From positions 20,802-84,801 of the forward strand of contig CAYORG010000005.1 of assembly GCA_964406315.1 (NCBI GenBank): 64,000 nucleotides of DNA. Reading direction: 5' to 3'. This stretch comes from an uncultured Bacteroidales bacterium (GTDB lineage: Bacteria; Bacteroidota; Bacteroidia; Bacteroidales; UBA10428). The position numbers and the translations under genes were made by a program. The notes under the pieces were generated by a model, which did no database searches, was not told the DNA's origin, and worked only from the letters and a program-made list of their open reading frames with translations. Every line of letters starts with the position of its first letter. Position 1 is the stretch's first letter. Below are positions 9,456-19,494 of this stretch, piece by piece.

Positions 9456-10502
9456 ATGGACATTAGAATAGGAAGCAAAGTCAAATTTCTGAATGCAGTA
9501 GGTGGAGGAACCGTAAAAGGATTTTCTGATGACAAGACAGCTCTTATCGAGACTGTTGATGGATTTGATATACCTGTTCTGGTGACTGATCTGATACTTG
9601 AGTCTTCTGATTCATATGATCCGGGGAGTGCCGGAAGCCAAACGGAACACAATGAAATTGAATCCGGAATTGAGGAAGTGGAAAAATCAGATGTTTCTTT
9701 TGAAGATAAAAAATATGCTGAATTTACAGGTGAAATTCTTCTGGCCCTTGTACCTGAAAATGATCAGATTTTGCATGTCAGCAATTTGGGATTGTATTTA
9801 ATTAATGATAGCAATTACTATATGAATTATATTGCCAGTCAGAAAGATAAAGGCGTTTTTACTCATATATCAGCGGGAACTGTAGAACCTGATACAAAGT
9901 TGGAAATTGCACAATACAGTCAGTCTGACATAAGCAAGATAAGTGAATTCATGTTGCAGGGGATCTTTTACAAACACGGATTGTACAAACCTGTTGAACC
10001 ATACTATGAAGCTATTAACATTGAAAAAATAAACTTTTATAAGATACAGTTCTTTAAAACAAATGATTATTTTCATCAGAAGGCATTGATTTTTAGAAGG
10101 AAAAACGAACTGGATGATAAACTTGTAGCCAAGAACCTGATAGAAACAAACTGGTCAGATATTATCAATCAGAAGGAGGGAGCTGAAGAAAAAGTAATTA
10201 AGAAATCCCCTGAAAATATCAATCTGACGGAGATTGACCTTCACATAGAAGAATTGGTAGAGACTCATGCCGGGTTGTCAAACAGTGAAATTTTGAATAT
10301 TCAACTTTCAAAATTTAAGGATGCTCTTGAATCAGCATTACAGTTGGAAACACAGAAGATAGTATTTATTCATGGAATTGGAAATGGAATTCTTAAGTAT
10401 GAATTGAGAAAGAAGCTGGATAAAGACTATCCGGAATTAAGGTACCAGGATGCATCTTTTAAAGAATATGGATTTGGTGCAACTATGGTGTATTTGAAAT
10501 AG
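9456..10502 (+). CDS. DUF2027-like protein with C-terminal Smr (MutS2-type small nuclease) domain
   Basis: 348 aa. The C-terminal ~80 aa (IDLHIEEL...KIVFIHGIGNGILKYELRKKL) fits the Smr pattern (DLHG...IHGKGxG). The N-terminal half has no recognisable catalytic motif. Confidence 0.7.
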   Translation: MDIRIGSKVKFLNAVGGGTVKGFSDDKTALIETVDGFDIPVLVTDLILESSDSYDPGSAGSQTEHNEIESGIEEVEKSDVSFEDKKYAEFTGEILLALVPENDQILHVSNLGLYLINDSNYYMNYIASQKDKGVFTHISAGTVEPDTKLEIAQYSQSDISKISEFMLQGIFYKHGLYKPVEPYYEAINIEKINFYKIQFFKTNDYFHQKALIFRRKNELDDKLVAKNLIETNWSDIINQKEGAEEKVIKKSPENINLTEIDLHIEELVETHAGLSNSEILNIQLSKFKDALESALQLETQKIVFIHGIGNGILKYELRKKLDKDYPELRYQDASFKEYGFGATMVYLK

Positions 10503-10631
10503 TCTGAAGTTTAGGGTTTAGAGTTTTGAGATTAAGTTAGTTATTTAGTTGAGGAGTTGAGAAGTTGAGGAGTTGATTGGTTACTGAATACCGAATACTG
10601 ATAACCGATCACGAATAACAAATTACTATAT

Positions 10632-11008
10632 AGCAGTAAACCGTTCTGTCGTGCTGATTTCATAATGAAATCAGTAAGGAAAGTCCGGACAACAAAGGGC
10701 ACCGTACTCTCGTGAGAGAGGTATCTGTGAGGGTACAGAAGCAGGGAAGAAAATAACTTCCTGTTGAAGAATGCTAAGGCTGGCGTAAGTCAACCTTTGC
10801 TATACTTCGACGGGTAAAGGTGAGAAGGTGAGGTAAGAGCTTACCAGTTGTGATGGTGACATTACAAGCTGCCTGCCTTGCGGGTTGCAAGATCGTGTAC
10901 ATCAGCATATGAAGGCTGCCCGCCTGATGCTGAGGGGTAGATCGCAAAGATAAATGACAGAAATCCCGGTTTACCGGGAAACAGAATCCGGCTTACAGGT
11001 TTACTGCT
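10632..11008 (+). ncRNA. rnpB: RNase P RNA, bacterial type A
   Basis: Universal GGAAAGTCCGGAC core (about 10677-10690). 3' ACAGAATCCGGCTTA element (10981-10995). The terminal P1 pairing is agcagtaaacc (10632-) with ggtttactgct (-11008), followed by a T-run. About 377 nt, non-coding, and GC-richer than the flanks. Confidence 0.9.
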
Positions 11009-11113
11009 TTTTTTATAGATTAATTCTAAAATGTCCGTTCAATTTATCCTGTAATTTTAAAGTTAAATTGAATGGGGATTTCCATACAACCATTAAATAT
11101 TAACTTTCTGCTT

Positions 11114-12250
11114 ATGAAGTACTTATTGTTTTATTTCATCCTTTTTACATCTGTTTTTTATTGTTGTCATCCTGATAGTGATCAGCATACAACTTTTAAT
11201 GCGGGATATTTCTCTCCCTCGCATGAATATATCAAATGCATCGGACGTTTTGATACTACCGATCCTTTGAAGTATATATTTTCTCATCCCGCAAGTACTA
11301 TTTCTTTCCGGTTTAAAGGGAAGGAAGCCGGGATCCTGCTGAATGATCTTACTACATCAGCTGCTGATCCGGCTGGAAATCCTATCAGGAATATGTTTAA
11401 CGTTTACGTTGATCAGGAAAAGTATTTTCTTCTGGAGTTAAATAAAATGGATACTGTTCATCAGCTTTTTAGCGGTATTAATGATACCGTACATACTATT
11501 AGAATTGTCAAACGCACTGAGTCTCTTGTAGGCAAGGTTGAGTTTTCTGGTATTCAATTGGAAGAGAATGGAGTGCTTGTTGAGATTCCTTCCATCCCGG
11601 AGAGAAAAATGGAATTTATTGGCAATTCCATCACATGCGGATATGGAAACGAAGCAATAGATCAATACCAGCCGTTTAGCTGTGAGACTGAAAATGCTTC
11701 TCTTGCATATGGTGCAATAACGGCTGATCGTCTCAATGCCCAATATGTTGCAGTAGCCTATTCCGGCAGAGGCATTGTTCAGAATTATGATGGTTCACAG
11801 GTGAATGTGGTTCCTGAGATCTGGAACAGAATATTCCCGGATGAAGACAAACCTTTGTGGGATCATAAGCTTTACACTCCTGATATTGCTGTCATCAATC
11901 TTGGAACCAATGATTTCTCAAGCGGGGTTGATACAGGTCTTTTCAAACAAGCATATGCATCATTTCTTAAACAGGTAAGAAAAGAATATCCAATAACTTC
12001 AATTGTTTGTCTAATTGGCCCAATGCTGAATAACAGTTATCCCGAAAACGCACTGGATATCAGCAGGAACATAGTATCTTCCATTGTCTCCGTAAAACGA
12101 AGAACAGGAGATAATAAAATATATTTTTTTGAATTGACACAACAAACAGGGGAGTACGGATACGGAGCCGATTGGCATCCTTCTGTTGCACAACATGAAT
12201 ACAACGCCGGTGAATTGACTCAATACATTAAAGAAATAACCGGTTGGTAA
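11114..12250 (+). CDS. SGNH/GDSL-type carbohydrate esterase, CE2-like (N-terminal beta-sandwich + esterase domain)
   Basis: Nucleophile block FIGNSITCGYGNE, block III INLGTNDF, and the C-terminal Asp/His block GADWHPSVAQH. I placed the start at MKYLLFYFILF (ATG 11114), which gives a signal peptide. Confidence 0.7.
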   Translation: MKYLLFYFILFTSVFYCCHPDSDQHTTFNAGYFSPSHEYIKCIGRFDTTDPLKYIFSHPASTISFRFKGKEAGILLNDLTTSAADPAGNPIRNMFNVYVDQEKYFLLELNKMDTVHQLFSGINDTVHTIRIVKRTESLVGKVEFSGIQLEENGVLVEIPSIPERKMEFIGNSITCGYGNEAIDQYQPFSCETENASLAYGAITADRLNAQYVAVAYSGRGIVQNYDGSQVNVVPEIWNRIFPDEDKPLWDHKLYTPDIAVINLGTNDFSSGVDTGLFKQAYASFLKQVRKEYPITSIVCLIGPMLNNSYPENALDISRNIVSSIVSVKRRTGDNKIYFFELTQQTGEYGYGADWHPSVAQHEYNAGELTQYIKEITGW

Positions 12251-12398
12251 TCTTCCTGGATTCTGAATCGGTGAATACACTATTTCCTGAAAAAAATGAA
12301 TTGAGATTATGAATAATTTGTATTTTTAACAAAATGACATGAAGTAAGAATAAACCTTGTTATCATTGGGTGTTTCTAATCAAATAAAAATCCTGATT

Positions 12399-14426
12399 AT
12401 GAAAAAACTATCATTTATTTTATTATTAGTTGTTATTATATTGGGCTGCTCATCACCACAATCAGATTTTATTGAACTGCCTTCAATTATTAGTGATGGA
12501 ATGGTTTTTCAACAAAATACAGAGGTAGTATTGTGGGGCAAGACTGTTCCACATCAAAAAGTTGAAATTACGTCAAGCTGGGGTACCCGAAAATCTGTCA
12601 GATCTGATAATACCGGTCTCTGGAAGATAAAAATTTCTACTGTGGATGCAGGAGGCCCATATGAATTGGCATTTCAGACGAAAGATACAAGTGTTGTTAT
12701 TCATGATATTTTATTGGGAGAAGTGTGGCTGGCATCAGGTCAATCCAACATGGAAATGCCACTGACAGGTTGGCCACCGGTCGATACAATTATTAACAGT
12801 ACGGAAGAAATTGCCAGCGCCAATTATCCCGAGATCCGGCTTTTCACTGTTCCAAAAAATGTATCGTTAATAAAATTAAACAATTGTGAAGGTCAATGGA
12901 AACAATGTACACCCGAAACTGTTGCCAATTTTAGTGCAACGGCTTATTTTTTCGGCAGAGAACTTCACAAAGAACTGGATGTTCCCATCGGATTGATTCA
13001 CAGCAGTTGGGGTGGTACACCAGCAGAATCCTGGATTTCAATGGATTATTTAGAAGAAATTCCTTCTTTTGCTACTTTTGAGGATACTTTAGAATTAGCT
13101 GTTCATCAATATGACTCCTTATTGAAATGGATGAATCAGTTGAACACTATTCCTGTTCAGTCAACAAAAGAATTTTATGAAACGTTGGATTTTATTGATG
13201 CACAATTTACAAAGTTAGATTATGACGATTCTTCATGGTCCACAATGAAAGTCCCGTTAGAGTGGTCGGGAACGGAACTGGGTAAATTTGATGGTATAGT
13301 ATGTTATAGAAAAGAATTTATCCTTCCGGAATCGTTTACCGGTAAAGATTTAACATTACACCTCGGACCGATCGATGACATGGACGACACTTATGTTAAT
13401 GGCAAGAGAATTGGTGAAACGTTAGCTCCCGGATTCTGGAAGAAAGAAAGAGTTTATTCAATACCCGCTGATATAGTAAAATCCGGTAAAAATATTCTTA
13501 CGGTGTTTGTTATTGATAATGTGGGAGGTGGTGGTATATATAGTTCATCAGATGTTACTATTTCTGATACGGACAATATGGACTCATTTAGTATAAGCGG
13601 AGATTGGAAATTCTTACCGGTAGCAGAATTAATAAATCTCAACCTGCATTTTTTTGATAGCGATAATACATATGATTCCAGACCTGATCTGAGTATTGCG
13701 ATTAATCAGGATACTCCAACACTGTTATTTAACGGTATGATCTATCCTGTAAAACCATTCACTATAAAAGGTGTAATCTGGTATCAGGGAGAATCAAATG
13801 TTGGCAGAGGTTATCAATACAGAACTCTATTCCCGGCATTAATAGAGAGTTGGAGAGGAGAGTGGGGACAGGGTGATTTTCCATTCTACTTTGTTCAGAT
13901 AGCGCCATGGTATTATGACGGGGATATACCCAGTTCGGCGGCCGAACTCAGGGAAGCGCAACTCATGACGATGAAAATACCCAAAACCGGCATGGTAGTG
14001 ACTACGGATATTGGATCGCTTGAGACTATCCACCCTTCAGATAAACAGGAAACAGGAAGACGTCTGGCGCTTTGGGCACTGGCAAAAGATTACGGATATG
14101 ATTCATTGACCTTTTCAGGACCAATTTACAATTTGTTGGATATTCAGGAAAACAAAGCAATTGTGCACTTTAATTATGCAGATAATGGTTTGATGACTAA
14201 AAATGGGCCGCTTGCTTTTTTTGAAATTGCAGGGAATGACCGGGTATACCATCCTGCAAATGCAGAAATTTCAGGTAACACTGTGATTGTCACGTCCGAA
14301 CTAGTTAAAAAACCTGTTGCCGTAAGATTTGGATGGCGGGATATTGCAGAACCCAATTTGTATAATGTCGAAGGATTGCCTGCATCACCTTTCAGGACAG
14401 ATAGCTGGAAAAGACTTTCGGAGTAA
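12399..14426 (+). CDS. Sialate O-acetylesterase-like (SASA family) carbohydrate acetylesterase
   Basis: LGEVWLASGQSNME motif. A central galactose-binding-like insert (DYDDSSWSTMKVPLEWS...YRKEF). Lipoprotein signal (MKKLSFILLLVVIILGCSS) from the ATG at 12399. Confidence 0.75.
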   Translation: MKKLSFILLLVVIILGCSSPQSDFIELPSIISDGMVFQQNTEVVLWGKTVPHQKVEITSSWGTRKSVRSDNTGLWKIKISTVDAGGPYELAFQTKDTSVVIHDILLGEVWLASGQSNMEMPLTGWPPVDTIINSTEEIASANYPEIRLFTVPKNVSLIKLNNCEGQWKQCTPETVANFSATAYFFGRELHKELDVPIGLIHSSWGGTPAESWISMDYLEEIPSFATFEDTLELAVHQYDSLLKWMNQLNTIPVQSTKEFYETLDFIDAQFTKLDYDDSSWSTMKVPLEWSGTELGKFDGIVCYRKEFILPESFTGKDLTLHLGPIDDMDDTYVNGKRIGETLAPGFWKKERVYSIPADIVKSGKNILTVFVIDNVGGGGIYSSSDVTISDTDNMDSFSISGDWKFLPVAELINLNLHFFDSDNTYDSRPDLSIAINQDTPTLLFNGMIYPVKPFTIKGVIWYQGESNVGRGYQYRTLFPALIESWRGEWGQGDFPFYFVQIAPWYYDGDIPSSAAELREAQLMTMKIPKTGMVVTTDIGSLETIHPSDKQETGRRLALWALAKDYGYDSLTFSGPIYNLLDIQENKAIVHFNYADNGLMTKNGPLAFFEIAGNDRVYHPANAEISGNTVIVTSELVKKPVAVRFGWRDIAEPNLYNVEGLPASPFRTDSWKRLSE

Positions 14427-14435
14427 ATTCTGTTG

Positions 14436-16436
14436 TTATTGAATGACAACAGGCGAAGAGATAGTTTCGCCGTATATTTTCATTGTAATAATATAATATC
14501 CTGAAGCAAGAGAACTTATGTCGAGTCTGTATGTATTTTCCGGGTTGTATTCCGGAAATACAGACAGAATATTTCTGCCCGAGATATCAAGAAATCTTAT
14601 TATCTCATTGCTTTGAGCATCAATATATTTTTTAACAAATACTACTGAATTGCAAGGATTGGGATAAATAATGAAATTGTCTTTTACAGTATTCCGGGGA
14701 TACTCTATCTGGCTGGGTGTTGTGGGATCACTGAATTGAAAATAATTCAGGTTACAGCCTCCATAATCAATATGGGCTGTAAGAGAATGAGTCCCTTTTT
14801 CTAGGATTACATTGGTTTTTGTATAAGTAACCCAGTCAAACCATCCACCTGTATAAGGTACTTCAATTGTACCTGTTATATCAACACCATCAAGTTCAAA
14901 ATGGAGGTTGGTAAGCGCATTATCGCTGGCATATCGAAGTGTGAGAGTATATGCAGCAGAGGAATCTATATGAACTGTATAGTTCATCCATTCACCAACC
15001 GATGTCCATCCAACGTTGTACCCATTGCCTGCAACATTGTCGGTACAGGATTCTATATCTACTCCGTCATTTCTGTACGCGCCCCCGTTGTTCCATGTTT
15101 GCCCTTCACTTATCCTTTGATAATCGATATCTGAGTATGCAATTCCCTGCCGGCCCATATCATAATCTGTGGCATAGATCCGCCCAGGGATAGTATGTTC
15201 ATGAAATGGCACCGAATTCTCATTGTTTACCTGTCGGGTCAAAGCATCAATGACATTAATATTTATTTTGCAGTTTTCCAGTTTCAGTTTTTCAGTGATC
15301 TCCATCAGAGTTGCTTTTGCGAATTCTTCAGATGGTTTGACATGCTGTCCGGGATTATTCCAATAATCAAGAAGTTGTTGGTATCCATCTGTCTTTATTA
15401 TGGTAACCGGGCCTGCTACTGAACTGATTTTTTTCTGAGGCCAGAGAGAATAACCAATTGTATATTCTTCCATAAGCTCTATCATTTCTGTGAACCAGGT
15501 ATTTGAGTTTTCACCGGTTTCTCCCAGCCATAAAGGCACGTTATGCTGATCACGCATAGAAAGCATCCATTGTATCGAAGACGTATTGTTTGGATTCCAG
15601 TATTTATGAAAACTAATTACCAGATTATCATCCCAGGGACCGGGGAATCCGGTATAATCATTGGCCCACCAGTTCCCTTCGGTTATTATTAAGTGGTTGG
15701 TATCAACAGTTCGTATGGAATCGGTTATCCGAATCATTAAATCCCACAGATCCTGGTTATTGTTATCGGAGAGAGGTGGCCACTTGGTTTCGTTTATCAG
15801 GTCATAACCTCCAATCCACTCCTCTTCAGCGTATCTTGCTGCCAGTGTTTTCCACAGATCAGCAGTTCGTGCCTTATTTTCTTCTGATTCCCATAAGGAA
15901 GGTTTTGTCGGATCATAATCGCATATAGCCGCATCATCTCCCTGACCACCTGGCGCTGCATGAAGATCCAATATAAGGTACATTTCATTTTTCGAACACC
16001 AGCTTAATAAACTATCAACCATTACAAATCCTGTATCAATGTATTCTCCAACTGCCAGACTTTGCGGTGTGAAAAGGTTGTAATGCATAGGAAGTCTTAT
16101 GGAATTGAATCCCCAGGAAGCAAGTGAATCAATGTCGATTTTTCGAACATGATTTGCACGCCAGGCACTATAAAAGGTATCTGTATTTTGAGTACCAATT
16201 AATTCTTCAATTTTTGTCCTGATCTCATACTGAGCATTCGCGAAAGAAGATGTTTCAAGCATATATCCCTCCTGTAACATCCAACCACCAAGACCTATCC
16301 CTCTGAGAAAAATTTCTTCTCCCTGACCATTTACAATTTTTTTGTTTTCAGTATGAAGAAATTCCTGAGATACTGAAATGTTTGTTAGGAAAATGTATAA
16401 ACTCAGTATAAAAAGAATATGTTTGTATCCGGTCAT
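14436..16436 (-). CDS. Secreted GH5 glycoside hydrolase + CBM6-like module + T9SS C-terminal sorting domain
   Basis: GH5 signatures GFNSIRLPMHY, DLINETKW (acid/base Glu) and LWLGETGENS (nucleophile Glu). CBM6-like segment GWTSVGEWMNYTV...YTLTLRYA. Terminal ~80 aa (IIYPNPCNSVVFV...ISGRNILSV...LASGYYIITM) match the T9SS CTD pattern. Confidence 0.8.
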   Translation of the reverse strand: MTGYKHILFILSLYIFLTNISVSQEFLHTENKKIVNGQGEEIFLRGIGLGGWMLQEGYMLETSSFANAQYEIRTKIEELIGTQNTDTFYSAWRANHVRKIDIDSLASWGFNSIRLPMHYNLFTPQSLAVGEYIDTGFVMVDSLLSWCSKNEMYLILDLHAAPGGQGDDAAICDYDPTKPSLWESEENKARTADLWKTLAARYAEEEWIGGYDLINETKWPPLSDNNNQDLWDLMIRITDSIRTVDTNHLIITEGNWWANDYTGFPGPWDDNLVISFHKYWNPNNTSSIQWMLSMRDQHNVPLWLGETGENSNTWFTEMIELMEEYTIGYSLWPQKKISSVAGPVTIIKTDGYQQLLDYWNNPGQHVKPSEEFAKATLMEITEKLKLENCKININVIDALTRQVNNENSVPFHEHTIPGRIYATDYDMGRQGIAYSDIDYQRISEGQTWNNGGAYRNDGVDIESCTDNVAGNGYNVGWTSVGEWMNYTVHIDSSAAYTLTLRYASDNALTNLHFELDGVDITGTIEVPYTGGWFDWVTYTKTNVILEKGTHSLTAHIDYGGCNLNYFQFSDPTTPSQIEYPRNTVKDNFIIYPNPCNSVVFVKKYIDAQSNEIIRFLDISGRNILSVFPEYNPENTYRLDISSLASGYYIITMKIYGETISSPVVIQ

Positions 16437-16952
16437 AAATCACTTTGGTTAAAGAACAATTATTAATCGATACTCTATATAAATTCAAACATCAGATCGA
16501 ATAATACCAACATACCTGATCCTATCTCAATATTTAGTTATGCAATTTTATAATATGTCGCATTGTGTTTGGTTTAACTAAAAGAATAAAATCAAGTTAA
16601 CATGGTCCATATATACAAATATACAGTTTTTCAAGATTCAGAAATGATAACGCAAACCTAAGGTATTCAGGTACTGTTAAATGCTCAGCAACTATTCTGA
16701 GAGTTTGTATTTTATATTATATTCAAATGAGTTCATTTTGAAAAGTTAAATATTTTTCTTTACTTGTAACGGAATTTATACAGATTCCGGGTAATCGGTT
16801 GTATATTTATTTCCGATACGATTATTCCGAAGAGAGTTAGAGCCAAAGAGAAGAGAATCTTGGTGAATTTAAAGCATCTAGTGAATGTATGCCTTGATGA
16901 TTTCATAATATTTTTTTAGATAAGTTTGTTGTATTAATTAAACTATGTAACA

Positions 16953-17459
16953 ATGAAAACTAAAGTTTTAATTTCAGCGCTGGTTATCCTGATGGCAGCT
17001 TTTTTTACCGAGTGTAAAAAAGATAGTGATGATTCCGGTCCTTTGTTGGAAGGAGATTTCAGCGGTACTTTCAATTTAGAGGGTGACGTTTTTCCATTTT
17101 ATTTTAATGATGTTGAACAGGATGGTGAGAAACTTTCCGGGAGCTTTGAATTTACTGATGGAAGTGGTTATGCTCCATTTAGTTCATTATCAAAACTGGA
17201 AGATGATGCTCTTAAAATCAATTTTAGTGTAAGTTCAGGAGGTTATACTATTACATTTGATTTTACGGGTGTAGTTAATGCTGAAAGAACTACTATGAAC
17301 GGGTCGAATCTCAAATTAACCATGTCAGGTGTTGGTATTGATTGCGGCGCATGGTCAGCAACCAAAACTTCCACGAAGAGTGCTGATATCGCCGGGGTAA
17401 AATCTGCTTCAAAAGGCAATTTGCAAAAACTGCTGACTTTATTGAAAGACTTGGAATAA
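16953..17459 (+). CDS. Hypothetical lipoprotein
   Basis: 168 aa. Signal plus lipobox (LMAAFFTECKKD). Followed directly by a strong terminator. No recognisable family. Confidence 0.5.
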   Translation: MKTKVLISALVILMAAFFTECKKDSDDSGPLLEGDFSGTFNLEGDVFPFYFNDVEQDGEKLSGSFEFTDGSGYAPFSSLSKLEDDALKINFSVSSGGYTITFDFTGVVNAERTTMNGSNLKLTMSGVGIDCGAWSATKTSTKSADIAGVKSASKGNLQKLLTLLKDLE

Positions 17460-17473
17460 TGCCCTGAAACAAA

Positions 17474-17504
17474 AACTTCCTCCAAAAGAGGAAGTTTTTT
17501 CTTT
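17474..17504. terminator. Bidirectional rho-independent terminator
   Basis: Stem aacttcctc/gaggaagtt (9 bp) with loop caaaa. A T-run follows on the plus strand and an A-run precedes it, giving a U-run on the minus strand. It sits between the convergent lipoprotein gene and the Nudix regulator gene. Confidence 0.7.
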
Positions 17505-17606
17505 TCATATATTTCGAAAACAAATCTGATTTTTCCACCTGCATTTTTTTATAGTGATTCAATAATCTGATATTCGTTTCACCAATTGCATTTGGATTTC
17601 ATGTGT

Positions 17607-18308
17607 TCAGGAATGAGAAGTCTTATTATGCAATTTAACGATTCTGTCGCTTAATGGAAACTCGCTTTTCTTTCTAAAAGAAAAATAGTAGGCCCCTCGT
17701 TTAGACTCTGTTGTATTTTTAAGGTTCAATTTTTTCAGTACCCTGAGTGAAAGGACTTTCTTTCGGAAGTTGCCTGGATCAAAGCTATATTGAAAAATTG
17801 CTTCATAAAGTTTCCGGAGTTGTAACATAGTAAATCTTGATGGTAATAATCGTTCGCCTATCAATTCATAACTCGCCTTCAGTTTTAATTTTTCATGAGC
17901 AGATTCAAGCATCTCATTATGGTCGAATATTAAATCGGGTATTTTATTAAAATTCCACCATTTTGCACCATGTTTTTCCACTAGTTTCTTATCATGCTGG
18001 TCAATCCTTATCATGGCATAAAAAGCAATACTAATTACTCTGCCACCAAAATCCCTCTCAGGATCAGAAAACACATGAACCTGTTCCAGGTAAATATCTT
18101 TTAAACCTGTAAACTGCAAAAGAACTCTGGCGGCTGCTTCTTCAACAGTTTCATTCTTCCTTAGCCAGCCTCCAACCAATGACCATTTTCCTTTTTCGGG
18201 CTCAAAAACTCTTCTTGTTAGCAACAGTTTCAGGGCATTTTTTTCATAGCCAAAAATGATACAATCAACAGCTACGTGGTGTTTTAAGTATTTGTATCCG
18301 CTTGTCAT
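17607..18308 (-). CDS. araR: NrtR/AraR-type transcriptional regulator (Nudix-fold ligand domain + C-terminal winged helix)
   Basis: 233 aa. The Nudix-like box GWLRKNETVEEAAARVLLQFTG lacks the catalytic REUxEE glutamates. wHTH-like C-terminus (FTMLQLRKLYEAIF). It is the last gene of the arabinose cluster, as described for Bacteroides AraR. The symbol is assigned by context. Confidence 0.6.
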   Translation of the reverse strand: MTSGYKYLKHHVAVDCIIFGYEKNALKLLLTRRVFEPEKGKWSLVGGWLRKNETVEEAAARVLLQFTGLKDIYLEQVHVFSDPERDFGGRVISIAFYAMIRIDQHDKKLVEKHGAKWWNFNKIPDLIFDHNEMLESAHEKLKLKASYELIGERLLPSRFTMLQLRKLYEAIFQYSFDPGNFRKKVLSLRVLKKLNLKNTTESKRGAYYFSFRKKSEFPLSDRIVKLHNKTSHS

Positions 18309-18354
18309 TCAATTGATGGTCGATAAATTAAATTTATACCCTTGGTCGTATAAT

Positions 18355-19488
18355 TTAATTATTCATCACACCAAATTTTAATATTACAAGGTGTTCATAT
18401 AATTCACCAGGATTTAATATTGTTGACGGAAAATTAGGATGATTGGGAGAATCCGGGAAATGTTGTGTTTCAAGAGCCAATCCGGATCGATAAACATAAG
18501 GTTTTCCTGATTTTCCGGATATTGAACCATCCATAAAATTGCCACTGTAAAACTGAATTCCGGGTTCTGAAGTAAAGATTTCAATTGACCGGCCCGTTGT
18601 TTCTTCCCATAATCTTGCTGCAAAAGACAATTCATTCGCATTGTCTTTGTTTAGGATCCAGTTATGATCATATCCCTGGCCGTTTTTTAACTGTTCATTA
18701 TCCAGGTTGATTTCGCTGCCGATCTTTTTTCCGGAGGTAAAATCAAAGGGTGATCCTGCAACTTTTGCCAGCTCTCCGGTAGGGATCCATTCGCTATCAA
18801 TGGGTGCATAATAATCAGCATTGATTAAGATATAATGATCGAGTATTGTACTGTCACCTTCTCCTTTTAAATTCCAATAGGTATGGTTTGAAAGGTTAAT
18901 TACCGTTGACTGATCGGTTTCCGCATCATAACGAATATGAAGTTCGTTATTCTCGGTAAGCGTATAGCTTTTTTTGATTATCAGATTTCCAGGATATCCT
19001 TCTTCACCATCGGGTGAGAGGTATGAGAAAATAACTGTATTTCCTTCCTGGGCAGCGTCCCATATTTTTTTATCTAATCCCTCCTTTCCGCCATGTAGAG
19101 TATTTACACCATCATTTTTATAAAGGTTATACTCTTTATCGTTAAGAATGAATTTTGCATTATCAATCCGGTTGGCATAACGTCCTACAATACAACCTAA
19201 ATACATCGGATCTTTCAGATAGCTTTTTATATCGGAATAGCCAAGAGCGATATCTGCCATTGTGCCGTTTTTATCAGGCGTTAAAACTGATACTACCCGT
19301 GCTCCGTAATTTGTAAGTTGAACGGTAAGGTCATTCGCATTCCTTAAAGTAAAAAGACTGATTTGTTTATTATTTATTACAGTATCGAAGTCTTCCTTCT
19401 GAATAGGTTTTACTTGTTCTTTCTTTTTGCAGGGTCCTATACAGGATATGGAAAAAGAAATTAAAATTGCAATTATAAATCTGTTCAT
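18355..19488 (-). CDS. galM: Aldose 1-epimerase (mutarotase), exported
   Basis: 377 aa. Mutarotase motifs LTNYGARV, GRYANRI, NTLHGG, SNHTYWNL, GYDHNW and LETQHFPDSPN. Confidence 0.85.
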   Translation of the reverse strand: MNRFIIAILISFSISCIGPCKKKEQVKPIQKEDFDTVINNKQISLFTLRNANDLTVQLTNYGARVVSVLTPDKNGTMADIALGYSDIKSYLKDPMYLGCIVGRYANRIDNAKFILNDKEYNLYKNDGVNTLHGGKEGLDKKIWDAAQEGNTVIFSYLSPDGEEGYPGNLIIKKSYTLTENNELHIRYDAETDQSTVINLSNHTYWNLKGEGDSTILDHYILINADYYAPIDSEWIPTGELAKVAGSPFDFTSGKKIGSEINLDNEQLKNGQGYDHNWILNKDNANELSFAARLWEETTGRSIEIFTSEPGIQFYSGNFMDGSISGKSGKPYVYRSGLALETQHFPDSPNHPNFPSTILNPGELYEHLVILKFGVMNN

Positions 19489-19494
19489 AGTTCA

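Noticed and set aside
9404-9652. 83-codon N-terminal extension of the queA ORF
   Set aside because: It has no QueA-like sequence and overlaps the divergent Smr-domain gene. The conserved QueA N-terminus begins at the ATG at 9403.
10505-10583. The G/T-only tract considered as a G-quadruplex, or as a Shine-Dalgarno-like (AGGAG x3) ribosome-binding array
   Set aside because: Only one GGG run is present, so a canonical quadruplex cannot form. No ORF follows the AGGAG copies, and Bacteroidota generally make little use of SD pairing. It is kept only as a compositional oddity in the findings.
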